64,000 nucleotides of DNA from an uncultured Verrucomicrobiae bacterium. Its GTDB lineage: Bacteria; Verrucomicrobiota; Verrucomicrobiia; Chthoniobacterales; JAFAMB01. Below the pieces are notes generated by a model. It was not told where the DNA came from, did not search any database, and saw only the letters and a list, made by a program, of their open reading frames with translations. The position numbers and the translations under genes were made by a program. The stretch is from NCBI GenBank assembly GCA_963813025.1, contig CAWEXO010000002.1, positions 1-64,000 on the forward strand, given 5' to 3'. Shown piece by piece: positions 39,940 through 50,406 of the stretch (positions are counted from its first letter, which is position 1; every line of letters starts with the position of its first letter).

Positions 39940-40987
39940 CTTCTGAGTCCATTCCATCCAGCAACAGATCATCCTCGATGACATTCCCGATCGTCGGCTG
40001 GTGCATGGCCGAGAGCACATCAAGCTGTTCTGGAACATTATTCTTGGGCACAAGCATTCGCGTACGGGTGGTAATCGTTTGCGCACCAAACTGAAAGGTA
40101 TTGACCGGAGCAGACTTCGGGCGCAACCGGGTGATTTCTTCTTCCGTGCCGAAGAACAGAGCCTGGCTCGGGCACACAGATGCGCACATCGGCAGTTTTC
40201 CGATCGAAGTACGATCGTAGCATTGGTCGCACTTCATCATTAACTCCATGCGAGTGTTCATCTTTGGAATACCGAAGGGACAGGCCAGAACACAGTTGTT
40301 GCAGGCGATGCAGCGCGGCTTCCTTGCCGATTGCACCACGCCGTCGCCCGTACGCTTGATCGCATGGGCGGGACAGACTTCTGCGCATGTGGGCGAGTCG
40401 CAGTGCATGCAAACGACTGGCACGGTCTGCGTCGAGTTAGCCCGATCGTTCTTGTTTCCGGCACCGGCGCTCACCATACAAAGTCGGCCATTGTAATCAA
40501 TACAAGGTGTTTTCAAACAGATCCGGGCGAACTTGCCCATCAGATAACACTTCTCGGTCGTCAGGCTCGCTCCGCTCAGAGTCGCAAAGGCCTTCGGGCC
40601 GTACGTTGTCTGAACGCGGTCGATCTCTTCCGCAACTTTTCGGATAGCCTCGTCATAGGGTACTGGACTAAACCCATGCGGATTTCTCGAGTCCCGTTTG
40701 TAGGCGTGCAGCAGACGATCCGCATGCGCACCCTGTAAATAGCGTTTTACGCCTTTTGGGCACAGTTTCCCTCTGTTGAACGGGAAGTCGTACCAAGGTT
40801 CATATCCAATCACCTGATTGTCCTTCACCAAGAGTTCGATTCCGCATTGCTGCCCGCAAAAGCAGCAGTGTGTTTCCACTGCTTTATCCGGCACAACACC
40901 GGCATCCAATCGCATTCCAGTCGATCTCGAAAGATGCGGGCCGAATTGTTCTGTAATCGATTCAGGTTCTACAACAACTGTGGCCAT
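39926..40987 (-). pseudogene. In-frame fusion of a molybdopterin oxidoreductase N-terminus with the C-terminal part of a 4Fe-4S (DmsB/NrfC-like) subunit
   Basis: [32 protein letters not shown], then [42 protein letters not shown]; junction near 40450. Confidence 0.82.
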
Positions 40988-41005
40988 AGATCTCCATTCA
41001 ACTCT

Positions 41006-42154
41006 TTACGAATGGAAATTCTCGCGATCTTCAATGTCAAGGGGGCCTTCGCCTAATCCAGGATTGACCGGTGTCGGCATGGGCGCGGGGAGCACGACTC
41101 TTTCGATCGTCGAAGCACGTGGAAATCGCAGCCTGCCCTGAGCCAACGCTAACAGCGCCCGGCGGCAGCGCGGACAAATCCACTGATAATGCTCGACTTG
41201 GTCATGAGCTGCTTCATATCGATAGCCCAACTCGCGTTGAACTTTGATTAGGTCTTCGACGTGCATGCGAGAAGAGAACGCATGTCCGCATCTTCGGCAT
41301 CTGGCAGCTTCTTCGGCTCGCGCCACATCCTTGTAAAAGCTAACCCCAATCTGCGCGGGTCGCTGAAAGATGTGGAAAAACTTTCCAAACGGAAGCCAAA
41401 GAAGCGTGACGATCACTGTTACTGCGTGCGTGAGCGACAGAAACTCATAGCCACAGCCGCGTAGCCAGGTGTAGCTCACTGTAAGCAGCAGACCCGTGAG
41501 ACTTACGGCAAATAGCAAAACCAACGGCAGGATATCTTCCCGGAAAAACTGAAGCGACGCTGCTCCTTCGTCACGCATTCGGCGATGCATGGCAATCAGC
41601 ACACCGGCAATGACAAGGAACGCCGCCCAGACCAGGCCGTGAAAAAGGACAAAACCGAAAATCGATTCTACTTTAAAGACAGAGGTGGGAAAACCGAACA
41701 CAAAGATCCGGTAGCTGTCCAGATCGCCAGGAACGGATTCGAACATAAGCCAGCCAAAAACCAGCGGAAAAGTGATCAATGCTGCAATGATACAGCCCCA
41801 CATGATTAGCCAATGAGCCAGCCAGCGGTATTTTCCTCGTAGCCAGATAAAATGATTGAATGCGAAATCGGCTGTAACTCGCTTAACCCAATTGATGGCG
41901 TTCTGTTTGCGGTAAGGCCGTTTGAAAAAGGCTTCCCAACCGCGTCGCCAATAGAGGGCCGTCGGTGGCCGTTGAAGCCACATTGCGTAACGATAAGTGA
42001 GCCCGAAAGCGGCAAACAACGATGCGAAAGTGTAGGCAACGAGAGCACTATCGAAGCGCGAGAGATTGCGGGACCCAACAATGATCGCCACACCGAGCAG
42101 CACGGTTACAATGAACGCCCAGACGACCGATTTAACGACTTCGCGTTTCATCAC
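41006..42154 (-). CDS. Membrane anchor subunit (NarI/gamma-like; often mislabelled MFS) of a molybdoenzyme operon
   Basis: Multi-[37 protein letters not shown]-terminal CxxC...CxxC. Confidence 0.7.
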   Translation of the reverse strand: MMKREVVKSVVWAFIVTVLLGVAIIVGSRNLSRFDSALVAYTFASLFAAFGLTYRYAMWLQRPPTALYWRRGWEAFFKRPYRKQNAINWVKRVTADFAFNHFIWLRGKYRWLAHWLIMWGCIIAALITFPLVFGWLMFESVPGDLDSYRIFVFGFPTSVFKVESIFGFVLFHGLVWAAFLVIAGVLIAMHRRMRDEGAASLQFFREDILPLVLLFAVSLTGLLLTVSYTWLRGCGYEFLSLTHAVTVIVTLLWLPFGKFFHIFQRPAQIGVSFYKDVARAEEAARCRRCGHAFSSRMHVEDLIKVQRELGYRYEAAHDQVEHYQWICPRCRRALLALAQGRLRFPRASTIERVVLPAPMPTPVNPGLGEGPLDIEDRENFHS

Positions 42155-42261
42155 GATCTGTTCCGGGAGAACGTTCCTAACCGGCGGTATTCGTCGGACC
42201 CCCGAAGATACATGTCGATATCTATTTTAGTACGCGTGCAAGATGCAACTGAAATCTACTG

Positions 42262-42807
42262 CTAGAGAATCGACCAAGGCAAAATAGGTTGCTCCTGATG
42301 ATAAAGCACCAGCACAGGAAACTCAGAATAACGCACGATACGCTCGGCGTAGCTGCCCTCTTTCAGTTGCGCGACATTGACCGGCTGGCGCGTCGAGATG
42401 GCAATCAGGTCCACTGCAAGTTCTCTGGCGCCGAGAAGTATCTGGGTAACGACATCACCGGATCGCAGGCAGAACCAATCCTGACCGCAATCCATAGCGA
42501 GGGCGCGGCCTATCTTCTGAAGCGCTCTCGTCGCCTTCTGCCGAGGATCAGGGCGCGGGCCGGGGCCAGGTCGATCGACCGCACGATCTAGATAAGCGGC
42601 GTCTTCCAGTACATGCAGGAGGGTTAGCTTTGCGTTGGCAGACCGGGCAAGATCGACAGCATATCGGGCAACTAAGAGGGCTGCGCTGCTCAAGTCTGTC
42701 GGAACCAGGATATGTTTGACGTTCGAGGGTAGCTCGGCGAGATGCTCGCCTTTCTCACCATGGAAGAGAACAGGCTTAATGCTCCCGGCTTGAAGGAGTG
42801 CTTTCAT
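42262..42807 (-). CDS. Universal stress protein
   Basis: KHILVPTDLS, KLTLLHV, GDVVTQIL, VDLIAIST, GSYAERIVRYSEFPVLV. Confidence 0.88.
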   Translation of the reverse strand: MKALLQAGSIKPVLFHGEKGEHLAELPSNVKHILVPTDLSSAALLVARYAVDLARSANAKLTLLHVLEDAAYLDRAVDRPGPGPRPDPRQKATRALQKIGRALAMDCGQDWFCLRSGDVVTQILLGARELAVDLIAISTRQPVNVAQLKEGSYAERIVRYSEFPVLVLYHQEQPILPWSIL

Positions 42808-43043
42808 TGAAGTAATCGGGGAGGTTTATTACCAATAATGAGCTTCGCTCGGAACAGGCCATTAAACAATCCATTGGTTGTCCGAAGCTACCCTTCCACT
42901 GTTCCGATTTCTACCGCCCGGTCGCGGTGGATCCAGGCGCTCGCTTGCCAAGCACTCTTTCTGAACGTGGAAACGCCAAACCGCGGCAATCAAGGGACAA
43001 AAGAGGGTGAGACCGGAACTAAGCCATCGGTCAGAGTGCCGGA

Positions 43044-43400
43044 ATGAAGAAGATTGAGGCGGTCATCCATCCCTCCAGGTTGAAAGCTTTGCAGTCAGGG
43101 CTGAGGCAGATGGGCATCCTGTCGAGGCCGATGGTATCGTTGGTCAATCGACTTCCACACGGCTGGGATCCGGTGCAAGCAGAAGAATCAATGCCGACCA
43201 GAGGTCGGCCGAGCAATCCGTTGGCTCGAAAGTCGGCCGAGCTTAAAATTGAACTGATTGTGAGCGATCGGCAGGTCTTCAAAGTGATCGATACAATCCT
43301 TATCCTCGGGCGCCATTCTGGCGCCGACTCCGGTCAGGTCGCGATTTTTAACGTCGACCAGAACATGTCGATTGAAGGCGAGAGTAATCTCATCGATTGA
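43044..43400 (+). CDS. Divergent P-II family signal transduction protein
   Basis: MKKIEAVIHP..L, KIELIVSD.QV.KVIDTI, G.V.I..V. Confidence 0.75.
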   Translation: MKKIEAVIHPSRLKALQSGLRQMGILSRPMVSLVNRLPHGWDPVQAEESMPTRGRPSNPLARKSAELKIELIVSDRQVFKVIDTILILGRHSGADSGQVAIFNVDQNMSIEGESNLID

Positions 43401-43454
43401 AAGTCGTACGTCACCATTCGAACGGATACGAGAAAGTCCTCGTGCACGACTGAG

Positions 43455-45041
43455 CTATTGATAAGGGCCTGCGGCGTTCACCTCAGAAGGCACTTGCGAC
43501 GCGAATTGCTGGAAATTATCCTTGAAAAGGGCCGCCAATCTTCCGGCCGCACTGAGGTATTGCCCGAGATCTTTCCATGCTTTTCTCGGCACCAGAATCT
43601 CGGGGGGGACTTCCGGGCAAACCGCCACTTGGGCAAGACCGAACGAGGCGTCTAGCTGGGTCGTGGCTTCGGCAAGGCTGCCATTGTGGATGGCGTTAAT
43701 TATTGCCCGGGTGTACGGCAACCTGATTCTTGAGCCAACCCCATATCCGCCGCCTGACCAGCCGGTATTAACGAGCCAGACATTCGCCTGATGCTTCTCC
43801 ATCTTTTGCCGAAGGAGCTCTGCGTACTTGGTCGGATGCCAGACGAGAAATGGCGCACCAAAACAAGCGGAGAAAGTGGCCTGCGGCTCGGTTACACCAA
43901 CTTCGGTGCCGGCTACCTTCGCGGTGTATCCCGACAGGAAGTAGTAGATGGCCTGATCACGTGACAGCTTGGATACCGGCGGCAGAACTCCGAAGGCGTC
44001 GCATGTGAGAAAAATGATGTTGGTCGGGTGTCCGCCAATACACGGTATGCGAGCATTTCCAATGAACTCTATCGGGTAAGCGCCACGCGTATTTTGAGTT
44101 ATCGTAGCGTTCGAATAATCCACGTCGCGCTGTTCTTTACTGAGGACGACGTTCTCCAGGACGGCGCCAAAATGTAATGCTTCAAAAATGTCGGGCTCTG
44201 ACGCCTGTGTGAGATCGATTGCTTTCGCGTAGCACCCACCTTCGATATTAAAAATCCCGCGATCGCTCCAGACGTGTTCGTCGTCACCGATCAATTGCCG
44301 CTTTGGATCGGCCGATAACGTTGTCTTGCCTGTCCCGGATAAGCCGAAAAGCAGCGAGGTGTCCGTGCCTGTCCTGGCCATCGTCGCCGAGCAATGCATC
44401 GGTAGTAAGCCACGCTTTGGCATGAGGTAGTTCATGATCGTGAAAACGCCTTTCTTCATTTCGCCGGCGTATTCCGTTCCCAGGATGACCATTTCCCGGT
44501 CTTCAAAAGATAGGTCTACCGATGTTCGTGAAGTCATGCCGGCCGTGAAACGATTGGCCGGAAATGCACCAGCGTTGAAGATGGTGTAGTCTGGCTCTCC
44601 AAAGCTTACTAAATCCTCGGAACTTGGACGGATCAGCATCGTCCTGATGAACAGCGCGTGGTAGGGACGCGAGCAGATCACCCGAATCTTTAGCCGATTT
44701 TCGCGATCCCAGCCCGCGTACCCATCGACGACATAAACGCGATCTCGGCTGGCCAGATAGTCGCAGGCACGCTCGCGATTGATTTTGAAAGAGAGCTCGT
44801 CCAACGGGAAATTAACGGGTCCCCACCAAATGTCGTTTTCCGAAGTCGGGTGTTTGACAATTCTTTTATCTCTGGGTGAGCGGCCGGTTTTGCTTCCCGA
44901 ATAAGCCACTAAGGCACCCGTGGACGAGAGGCAAGTGCTCCGATCGAAGCGAATCGCTTCTTCATACAGGGCGGCAGGAGATAGATTGGAAAGTATGACG
45001 GGGCCGCTGATTCCGTAATTGTTAAGATCTGTAGTAGTCAT
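43455..45041 (-). CDS. pckA: Phosphoenolpyruvate carboxykinase (ATP)
   Basis: TGRSPRDK, GTEYAGEMKKG, MHCSA, FGLSGTGKTTLS, IGDDEH, NIEGGCYAK, FSACFGAPF, WLVNTGW. Confidence 0.97.
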   Translation of the reverse strand: MTTTDLNNYGISGPVILSNLSPAALYEEAIRFDRSTCLSSTGALVAYSGSKTGRSPRDKRIVKHPTSENDIWWGPVNFPLDELSFKINRERACDYLASRDRVYVVDGYAGWDRENRLKIRVICSRPYHALFIRTMLIRPSSEDLVSFGEPDYTIFNAGAFPANRFTAGMTSRTSVDLSFEDREMVILGTEYAGEMKKGVFTIMNYLMPKRGLLPMHCSATMARTGTDTSLLFGLSGTGKTTLSADPKRQLIGDDEHVWSDRGIFNIEGGCYAKAIDLTQASEPDIFEALHFGAVLENVVLSKEQRDVDYSNATITQNTRGAYPIEFIGNARIPCIGGHPTNIIFLTCDAFGVLPPVSKLSRDQAIYYFLSGYTAKVAGTEVGVTEPQATFSACFGAPFLVWHPTKYAELLRQKMEKHQANVWLVNTGWSGGGYGVGSRIRLPYTRAIINAIHNGSLAEATTQLDASFGLAQVAVCPEVPPEILVPRKAWKDLGQYLSAAGRLAALFKDNFQQFASQVPSEVNAAGPYQ

Positions 45042-45444
45042 TTATAGCTGGATGTAGGGAGATCGATGAGTTTGGGAGCAGTTGTTTGTTTGGGATCGGA
45101 TCAAATAAGTTTGTCTGGGGCCAACCAGTTTCGCTCTGGCCAAAAAGAGCTCAACCTTTTCCTGATCGATTGCTTGGCTCGATTCGACGATGAGTTGATT
45201 GCGGGTGCGGCGATAAGCAGTCGGCCAATCGGTCCACATTATGTTTGACGTTTTCTCAGTGTTTTTTCAGATGGCTGGCACACGTCCGAAGCGCTCGGCC
45301 CGCATAGCTACCTCGATGAAAGCTGGTACCGGCCAGAGCGCCTTCTACCAAGAGAGTCCGTATACCGGCTCGAGCTGCGGCGAGGCATGCTTCTTTGCCT
45401 CCAGAACCGGAACCAACCATGATGACCTGATAGTCGTAGCTCAT
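45042..45444 (-). pseudogene. Truncated, frameshifted third Lpd-like paralogue
   Basis: MSYDYQVIMVGSGSGG...GTSFHRGSY, continuing in another frame as WTDW...AKLVGP, which parallels the 46039 protein. Confidence 0.8.
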
Positions 45445-46038
45445 AACACTGTTGACCCGCCGACGGTAGCTTCTCGAATGTGGGAATACTCACCACCTGT
45501 TGCTCACGTTTGGCCATCCCTTGGGTGTTTCCGGCCGGAGGTGAACGTCGAAGAATTCAAGGCAACACGATGAACGAAACGCTGTGTTTTTTGCTGCAGC
45601 TTGCAAAAGAGATTGGCGGTCATAGGAGCGCGTACTGAACACAGCTATTTTCATCTTTCGACCAACCTTTCATTCAGAGCGATCCGTTGTCGAACTGCTA
45701 AGCAGAAGCTGCCGAGTTCATTCTTATTTTCGCAAGCGTCCTTTGTTCCTCGTCGTCCAGACACACGCGAACGCTCACCGCAAATTGACGGCTACTTAGC
45801 TGCGATTGCGGTCGATTCTCTATCCGGAAGAGCTTGAAACAAAGCGAGCGGGCAGATCGTCGTGCCATGAGCCGGGGCGCCTTACCGGTGCTTTCGCCCC
45901 GGAGATGGCAATCGATGGTTTGCTCGCAACAAGATCCGTGGAGTCAAACCCGAGCTGGAGCCTCAGAGTCACGCAGAAACGCAGAGCTTGCGACAAAATG
46001 CTTAGTCGGAGACAATTCTCTTAAACGGACATGAAACG

Positions 46039-47433
46039 ATGAGCTATGAATACCAACTGATTGTAATTGGATCGGGATCCGGCGGAAAGGACGCTGCAAT
46101 TCTCGCGGCGCGCTCGGGCCTCCGTGTCTTGATCGTCGAAAGAGAAAGTCTTGGCGGGACCTGCTTTCATCGAGGTTGTTACGCCATCCGAGCTCTCCGC
46201 GCGTGTGCCATGCATTATGGAAAGACCGAAGGAAGTTCCCGTTTCGGGATGTCGATTGACCTCCTGGAAACCGGATGGAGCGACTGGATTGGCACGCAGA
46301 GGCGCGTGAGTGCCAGGCTCACCGAAGACCTTAGTCGAACCTTGGAATCACTCGAGGTGAACATCCGTTTCGGAACCGCAAAGCTCCTCAATCCGAACGA
46401 AGTAGAAATATCCGATCCCTACGGCGCTCGGGAGCGAGTTTCCGGACAGAATATCATCATCGCGACCGGCTCGCGCCCAGCTTTCTCGAGCGGCCAAAAC
46501 TCGAAGATCCTGAACTCCGACCGAATGCTTAAAAACGTCGCAGTTCCGGCGCATCTGCTGATCATTGGCGGAGGCTACATCGGCTGCGAATTCGCCTCTA
46601 TTTATCGAACGCTGGGAGCACGAGTGACTCTGGTCGAGGAGCAGGAACATTTGCTTCCGAGCTGGGACCGGATCGCCGGCGATCAAATCTGGGATTCGTT
46701 AGAAAAACAAGGTGTAACCATTCATCTGAACGCTAAAATCGATCTACCCGATGCAGAAACGTGGACTGCACGTCCGCTCTTCAATCTGCGCGACAGCACG
46801 ATCGTTTCCCCTGAGCTCACGCTGATCGCGACCGGCCGTAAACCAAACATCGAGGAACTAGGACTGGAATCGGTCGGGATCACCGCAAAGGCATTCATTC
46901 CGGTCAACGAAACGATGCAGACGGCGCAGCCAAACGTCTTCGCGATTGGCGACGTGAATGGGCTGGCGATGCTTGACAGTGTGGCTTTCGCCCAAGCCAG
47001 AGTCGCCGTTCAAACTATCCTGGGCAACCCAGCTCGGTTTGATTATCGCTGGATACCACGATGCGTTCATACCGATCCACCGGTCGCCTCTGCCGGATGG
47101 ACGGAAAAAGAGGCTATCGCCGCAGGCCATGAGATCGGAGTGCTGACCGAAACGGCGCGACTGATGACGGAAGACGACCGCAGCGTCGTTGATCCCGAGC
47201 CGATAAAGCTCAAGCTCGTTGTTCTGCCGGAAACCAGAGCCTTACTAGGTTGCCAGGCTGTCGGCGCCGAGGCAGCCGAAATCGTGAATCTGGCGGCCGC
47301 GGCTCTCCATGCTGGATTAACTGTGACCGATCTTGCGGACCTCGCGATGATCCATCCAAGCGCTTCAGAGGCGCTCGTTCGGTGTCTGCAAAGTCGTTTC
47401 GATATGCCCGCAAGATCTACGGTAGCGCGGTGA
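46039..47433 (+). CDS. Pyridine nucleotide-disulfide oxidoreductase, Lpd-like, with intact CxxxxC
   Basis: VIGSGSGG, GGTCFHRGC, ATGSRP, IIGGGYIGCEFA, AIGDV, HPSASE. Confidence 0.9.
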   Translation: MSYEYQLIVIGSGSGGKDAAILAARSGLRVLIVERESLGGTCFHRGCYAIRALRACAMHYGKTEGSSRFGMSIDLLETGWSDWIGTQRRVSARLTEDLSRTLESLEVNIRFGTAKLLNPNEVEISDPYGARERVSGQNIIIATGSRPAFSSGQNSKILNSDRMLKNVAVPAHLLIIGGGYIGCEFASIYRTLGARVTLVEEQEHLLPSWDRIAGDQIWDSLEKQGVTIHLNAKIDLPDAETWTARPLFNLRDSTIVSPELTLIATGRKPNIEELGLESVGITAKAFIPVNETMQTAQPNVFAIGDVNGLAMLDSVAFAQARVAVQTILGNPARFDYRWIPRCVHTDPPVASAGWTEKEAIAAGHEIGVLTETARLMTEDDRSVVDPEPIKLKLVVLPETRALLGCQAVGAEAAEIVNLAAAALHAGLTVTDLADLAMIHPSASEALVRCLQSRFDMPARSTVAR

Positions 47434-47847
47434 GGCGAAGGAGCCAGTGGGCTTTCAGTCACTAATCCGTGGACCATCGATTCGCCACGCCGCCCGATCC
47501 ATATAGCTCGTTTTCGGGCGAGAGACCGAGCGAAGCGCCGCTTCGCATTCATTACCCAGGTCCAGCTCGATACGGCTGAATCCAGATCATCTTTCTAAGA
47601 AATCGTTTCAGTCCATGCGGCTTGGACTTGATATGCCCATGTTTCCAGTGGCGCGCTGCGAGTATCCGTGTGGCACAAATCCTCAAAGAACTGCCTAAAC
47701 TGACACGGGAAGTCGCCAATTTTTACGTCGCTCCGCTGTTTCGTGCAAGTAACAACGACCTCCTTCAAGGATCGTTTTCCGCAAAAAACATGCCCTGGTC
47801 GTCATCAAGCATCCCCAGCACGGTCGGGAACTTTCTCTTTTCTGTTT

Positions 47848-48455
47848 TCACGCGACATGAACGACCGGTGTGCCGTTCATGACAACCGGTGTGATGTCCA
47901 GCATCCAATTATCGCGGGTAGTCTCGCCGAGGTAGCATTCGACGCGGTAGACCGTGTTTCGCAAAAGTCGCGTTTTATTCCTCGCAAGCCATTCGCGGTG
48001 GGCTTTGAGATAAGCGTGAATCCAAGCCGTTCGTCGCCGCCGTCTTTTGGTCTTTTCTCAGGGATTTTCACCAGCAAAAAGCGAAGCATTGATCCGGAAT
48101 GCAGGAAGGAATCGGCGATGACCAGGAAGGAGAGCGGAAGGGCGAAACCGTACCTCTTCGCCCATTTGACAAGCGGGTCCGAGATAGAGCTCTTCGAAAC
48201 ATTCATTCTGCGCCTTGACCATAGCCGGTTCTTTTCGGCCTCTTTGAGCCCTTTGATGAATTTCGGATCGTTGGCGAGTGTCCGCCCTGAACCCATCGTC
48301 GGCAGGTACGGCGCGAAGGTCAGCGCCAAAGCTCCGCCATTGTCGATGTAGCGCTTAAGGACTTTCTTCAAGTTGCCGCCGCCTTCGGTGAAGCCGATCG
48401 ACAAGGTCACTTGCTTTCGAGGTGGTGTGAAACGGTTGTCGTCGGCGTAATACTG
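47848..48455 (-). pseudogene. Chitosanase-like (GH46/lysozyme-like fold) pseudogene
   Basis: FTEGGGNLKKVLKRY, WAKRYGFALPLSFLVIADSFLHSGS, GGDE, and in shifted frames AMVKAQNECFEELYLGPA and WIHAYL...LRNTVYRVECY...DNW. Confidence 0.7.
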
Positions 48456-48784
48456 GCTACACCTGCGGACCACCAACCCGATCAAATCGATGTTCGGTAC
48501 TGTTCGGCTACGAACCCATCGTACCAAGGGTCATTGCACTTCCTCGTTCCGTTCTTGCTCTTCAGGTATGCCTCAGGAGTTCTAAACCTAGCTTAGCTAG
48601 TGGCTCGTTTGGGCAAGGCGCGCCATTAGGGCTTGCCGTGTATTCGGGCCATTCCGGATCGCAAGAATCGCGGGTGAGGAAGGCGTCCGACCCGGACCAA
48701 CCCATGTTCAGCATTGACCAATTTCTGCACGGCACGCGCAAGCGGCCGGCTCTAGAGATTAGAGCAGATTTCTGGATAACAAAG

Positions 48785-49714
48785 ATGGAGTCCTACCCGA
48801 AATTTTCTCCTTTGGATGCCGTCCGTAAACACGACTTTGTAGAGCAGCTCAGTCGTGCGCGAATATACCAGGATTACGAGCTGGCCTTTGGAAAGACAAC
48901 GAAGTTACCTTTGGAACTCTCCTCGATTCACGCACCGTGGACGGTCCACCGCGGACGAAGCAAGTTCACAAACCCTTTCTGCACCGTCCTCGCACGAACG
49001 AGCAAAAATTGCGGCAGATGCCTAGAGCTCCGGCGAAACCTCACCAGCGCAAATATTTCGGAAACGCAGACAGCGAGATGCTTCGTCGGACTTACAAATA
49101 CCGCCGTGCCAGTGAAGGTGGAAGAGCGCGTCATTGCGTTTTTGCAAACCGGCCAGGTTTTCCTGCGAACACCGAGCGCGCAGCGATTCAAAAAGATTAC
49201 TACCAAGCTCATGAGTTGGGGCATGAAGACTAACTTGGCCCGACTCGAGAATGCGTATTTCCACTCCCGCGTGGTTTTGCCCAGCGGATATCGTGCGATA
49301 GTGCGACTTCTGGAAATTTTCGCGGAACATCTCGGATTGATCGCCAACGAGATCGCGCTGCAGCAAGGTAACGGGGACTCGCTGATGATCAGACGCGCGA
49401 AACATTATGTTGCGAGTCATCAATCTGATCCTATCACACTGGGACAGATCGCTCGTGCCCTTAATATCAGCACGTTCCACTTTTGCAGGATATTTAAGCA
49501 GACAACAGGTCTAACGTTTGTGGAATACTTGAGCCGCGTCCGTATTGAGCGGGCTAAAGTCTTGCTGCATAAAAATGATCTACGCGTCAGCGAGATAGCG
49601 TACGAGGTAGGGTTCCAATCGATCACCCACTTCAACCGGATCTTTCGCAAGCTTGTTGGTCACTCGCCGACAGAATACCGCTCCAGATTGGCCAGAGCCA
49701 ACCCAGAGGGATAG
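48785..49714 (+). CDS. AraC family regulator with PocR-type sensor domain (paralogue of 30274)
   Basis: IYQDYE.AF, NPFC..C..C, CFVGL..TAVPV, LQTGQV, STFHFCRIFK, VSEIAYEVGFQSITHFNR. Confidence 0.92.
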   Translation: MESYPKFSPLDAVRKHDFVEQLSRARIYQDYELAFGKTTKLPLELSSIHAPWTVHRGRSKFTNPFCTVLARTSKNCGRCLELRRNLTSANISETQTARCFVGLTNTAVPVKVEERVIAFLQTGQVFLRTPSAQRFKKITTKLMSWGMKTNLARLENAYFHSRVVLPSGYRAIVRLLEIFAEHLGLIANEIALQQGNGDSLMIRRAKHYVASHQSDPITLGQIARALNISTFHFCRIFKQTTGLTFVEYLSRVRIERAKVLLHKNDLRVSEIAYEVGFQSITHFNRIFRKLVGHSPTEYRSRLARANPEG

Positions 49715-50054
49715 ACGCCCGGCTAGATGAAGGATTCCTCTGCTTGTTAGGCGGACGCCGTTTCCTTTTCGAGGTGGTGCAAATTCAGTTCAAATCCTTC
49801 TTACATTTTGCCCTATGGTTTTTTTGAAAGCTAAAATGTGGCGGCTGCCGCGTTAAAGGGGAGCAGGTCCAGCAAGTATGCCAGATGCGGTGCCTTCGCG
49901 AAAGCCGCCATTCATTGGAGTAGAGCCCGTTTGGCCCTCGATCAAGCAAGAAAAGTAAAGAAAAAGTCAATTTAGGTGGAGCGTTAATTTTCCAGAACAA
50001 TCACCATGCTTCCCGTTCGGAAACAAGGCATCGAGGTCGCCCAACCTAACCCCT

Positions 50055-50387
50055 ATGAAAATCATGAATCGGCCGGGTTCATTGAAACCGCGACTCCTCG
50101 TTGGGATCGGCCTTGCAGTGATTGCTGCGGTCATTTGCACAGTGTGTGTCCCCTTCGTTTCTGCGGGTCCGCCCACTACACCGGAGAAGCCGGTACAAAC
50201 GAGTACGGCTTCTGGTGCCGCCTTATACGCCATCCACTGCAGCCGCTGCCACGCGGAACGATATGCCACCGAATTCACAGCGGCCCATTGGAAGACCATC
50301 ATGATCCACATGCGTGTGCGGGCAAACCTCCCGGCGGCGCAAGCTCAGGAGATCCTGAAGTATCTTCAGGAAAATAGCGGCCAGTAA
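50055..50387 (+). CDS. Small monoheme cytochrome c
   Basis: N-terminal signal/TM, CSRCH, downstream HMRVRANL (candidate Met ligand). Confidence 0.85.
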   Translation: MKIMNRPGSLKPRLLVGIGLAVIAAVICTVCVPFVSAGPPTTPEKPVQTSTASGAALYAIHCSRCHAERYATEFTAAHWKTIMIHMRVRANLPAAQAQEILKYLQENSGQ

Positions 50388-50406
50388 TGAGCGACTAAAT
50401 ACATCG

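Noticed and set aside
47530..47546. Palindrome gcgaagcg-c-cgcttcgc (similarly gcgggatcccgc at 29564-29575)
   Set aside because: Single short occurrences with no U-tract or second copy, so no function can be assigned
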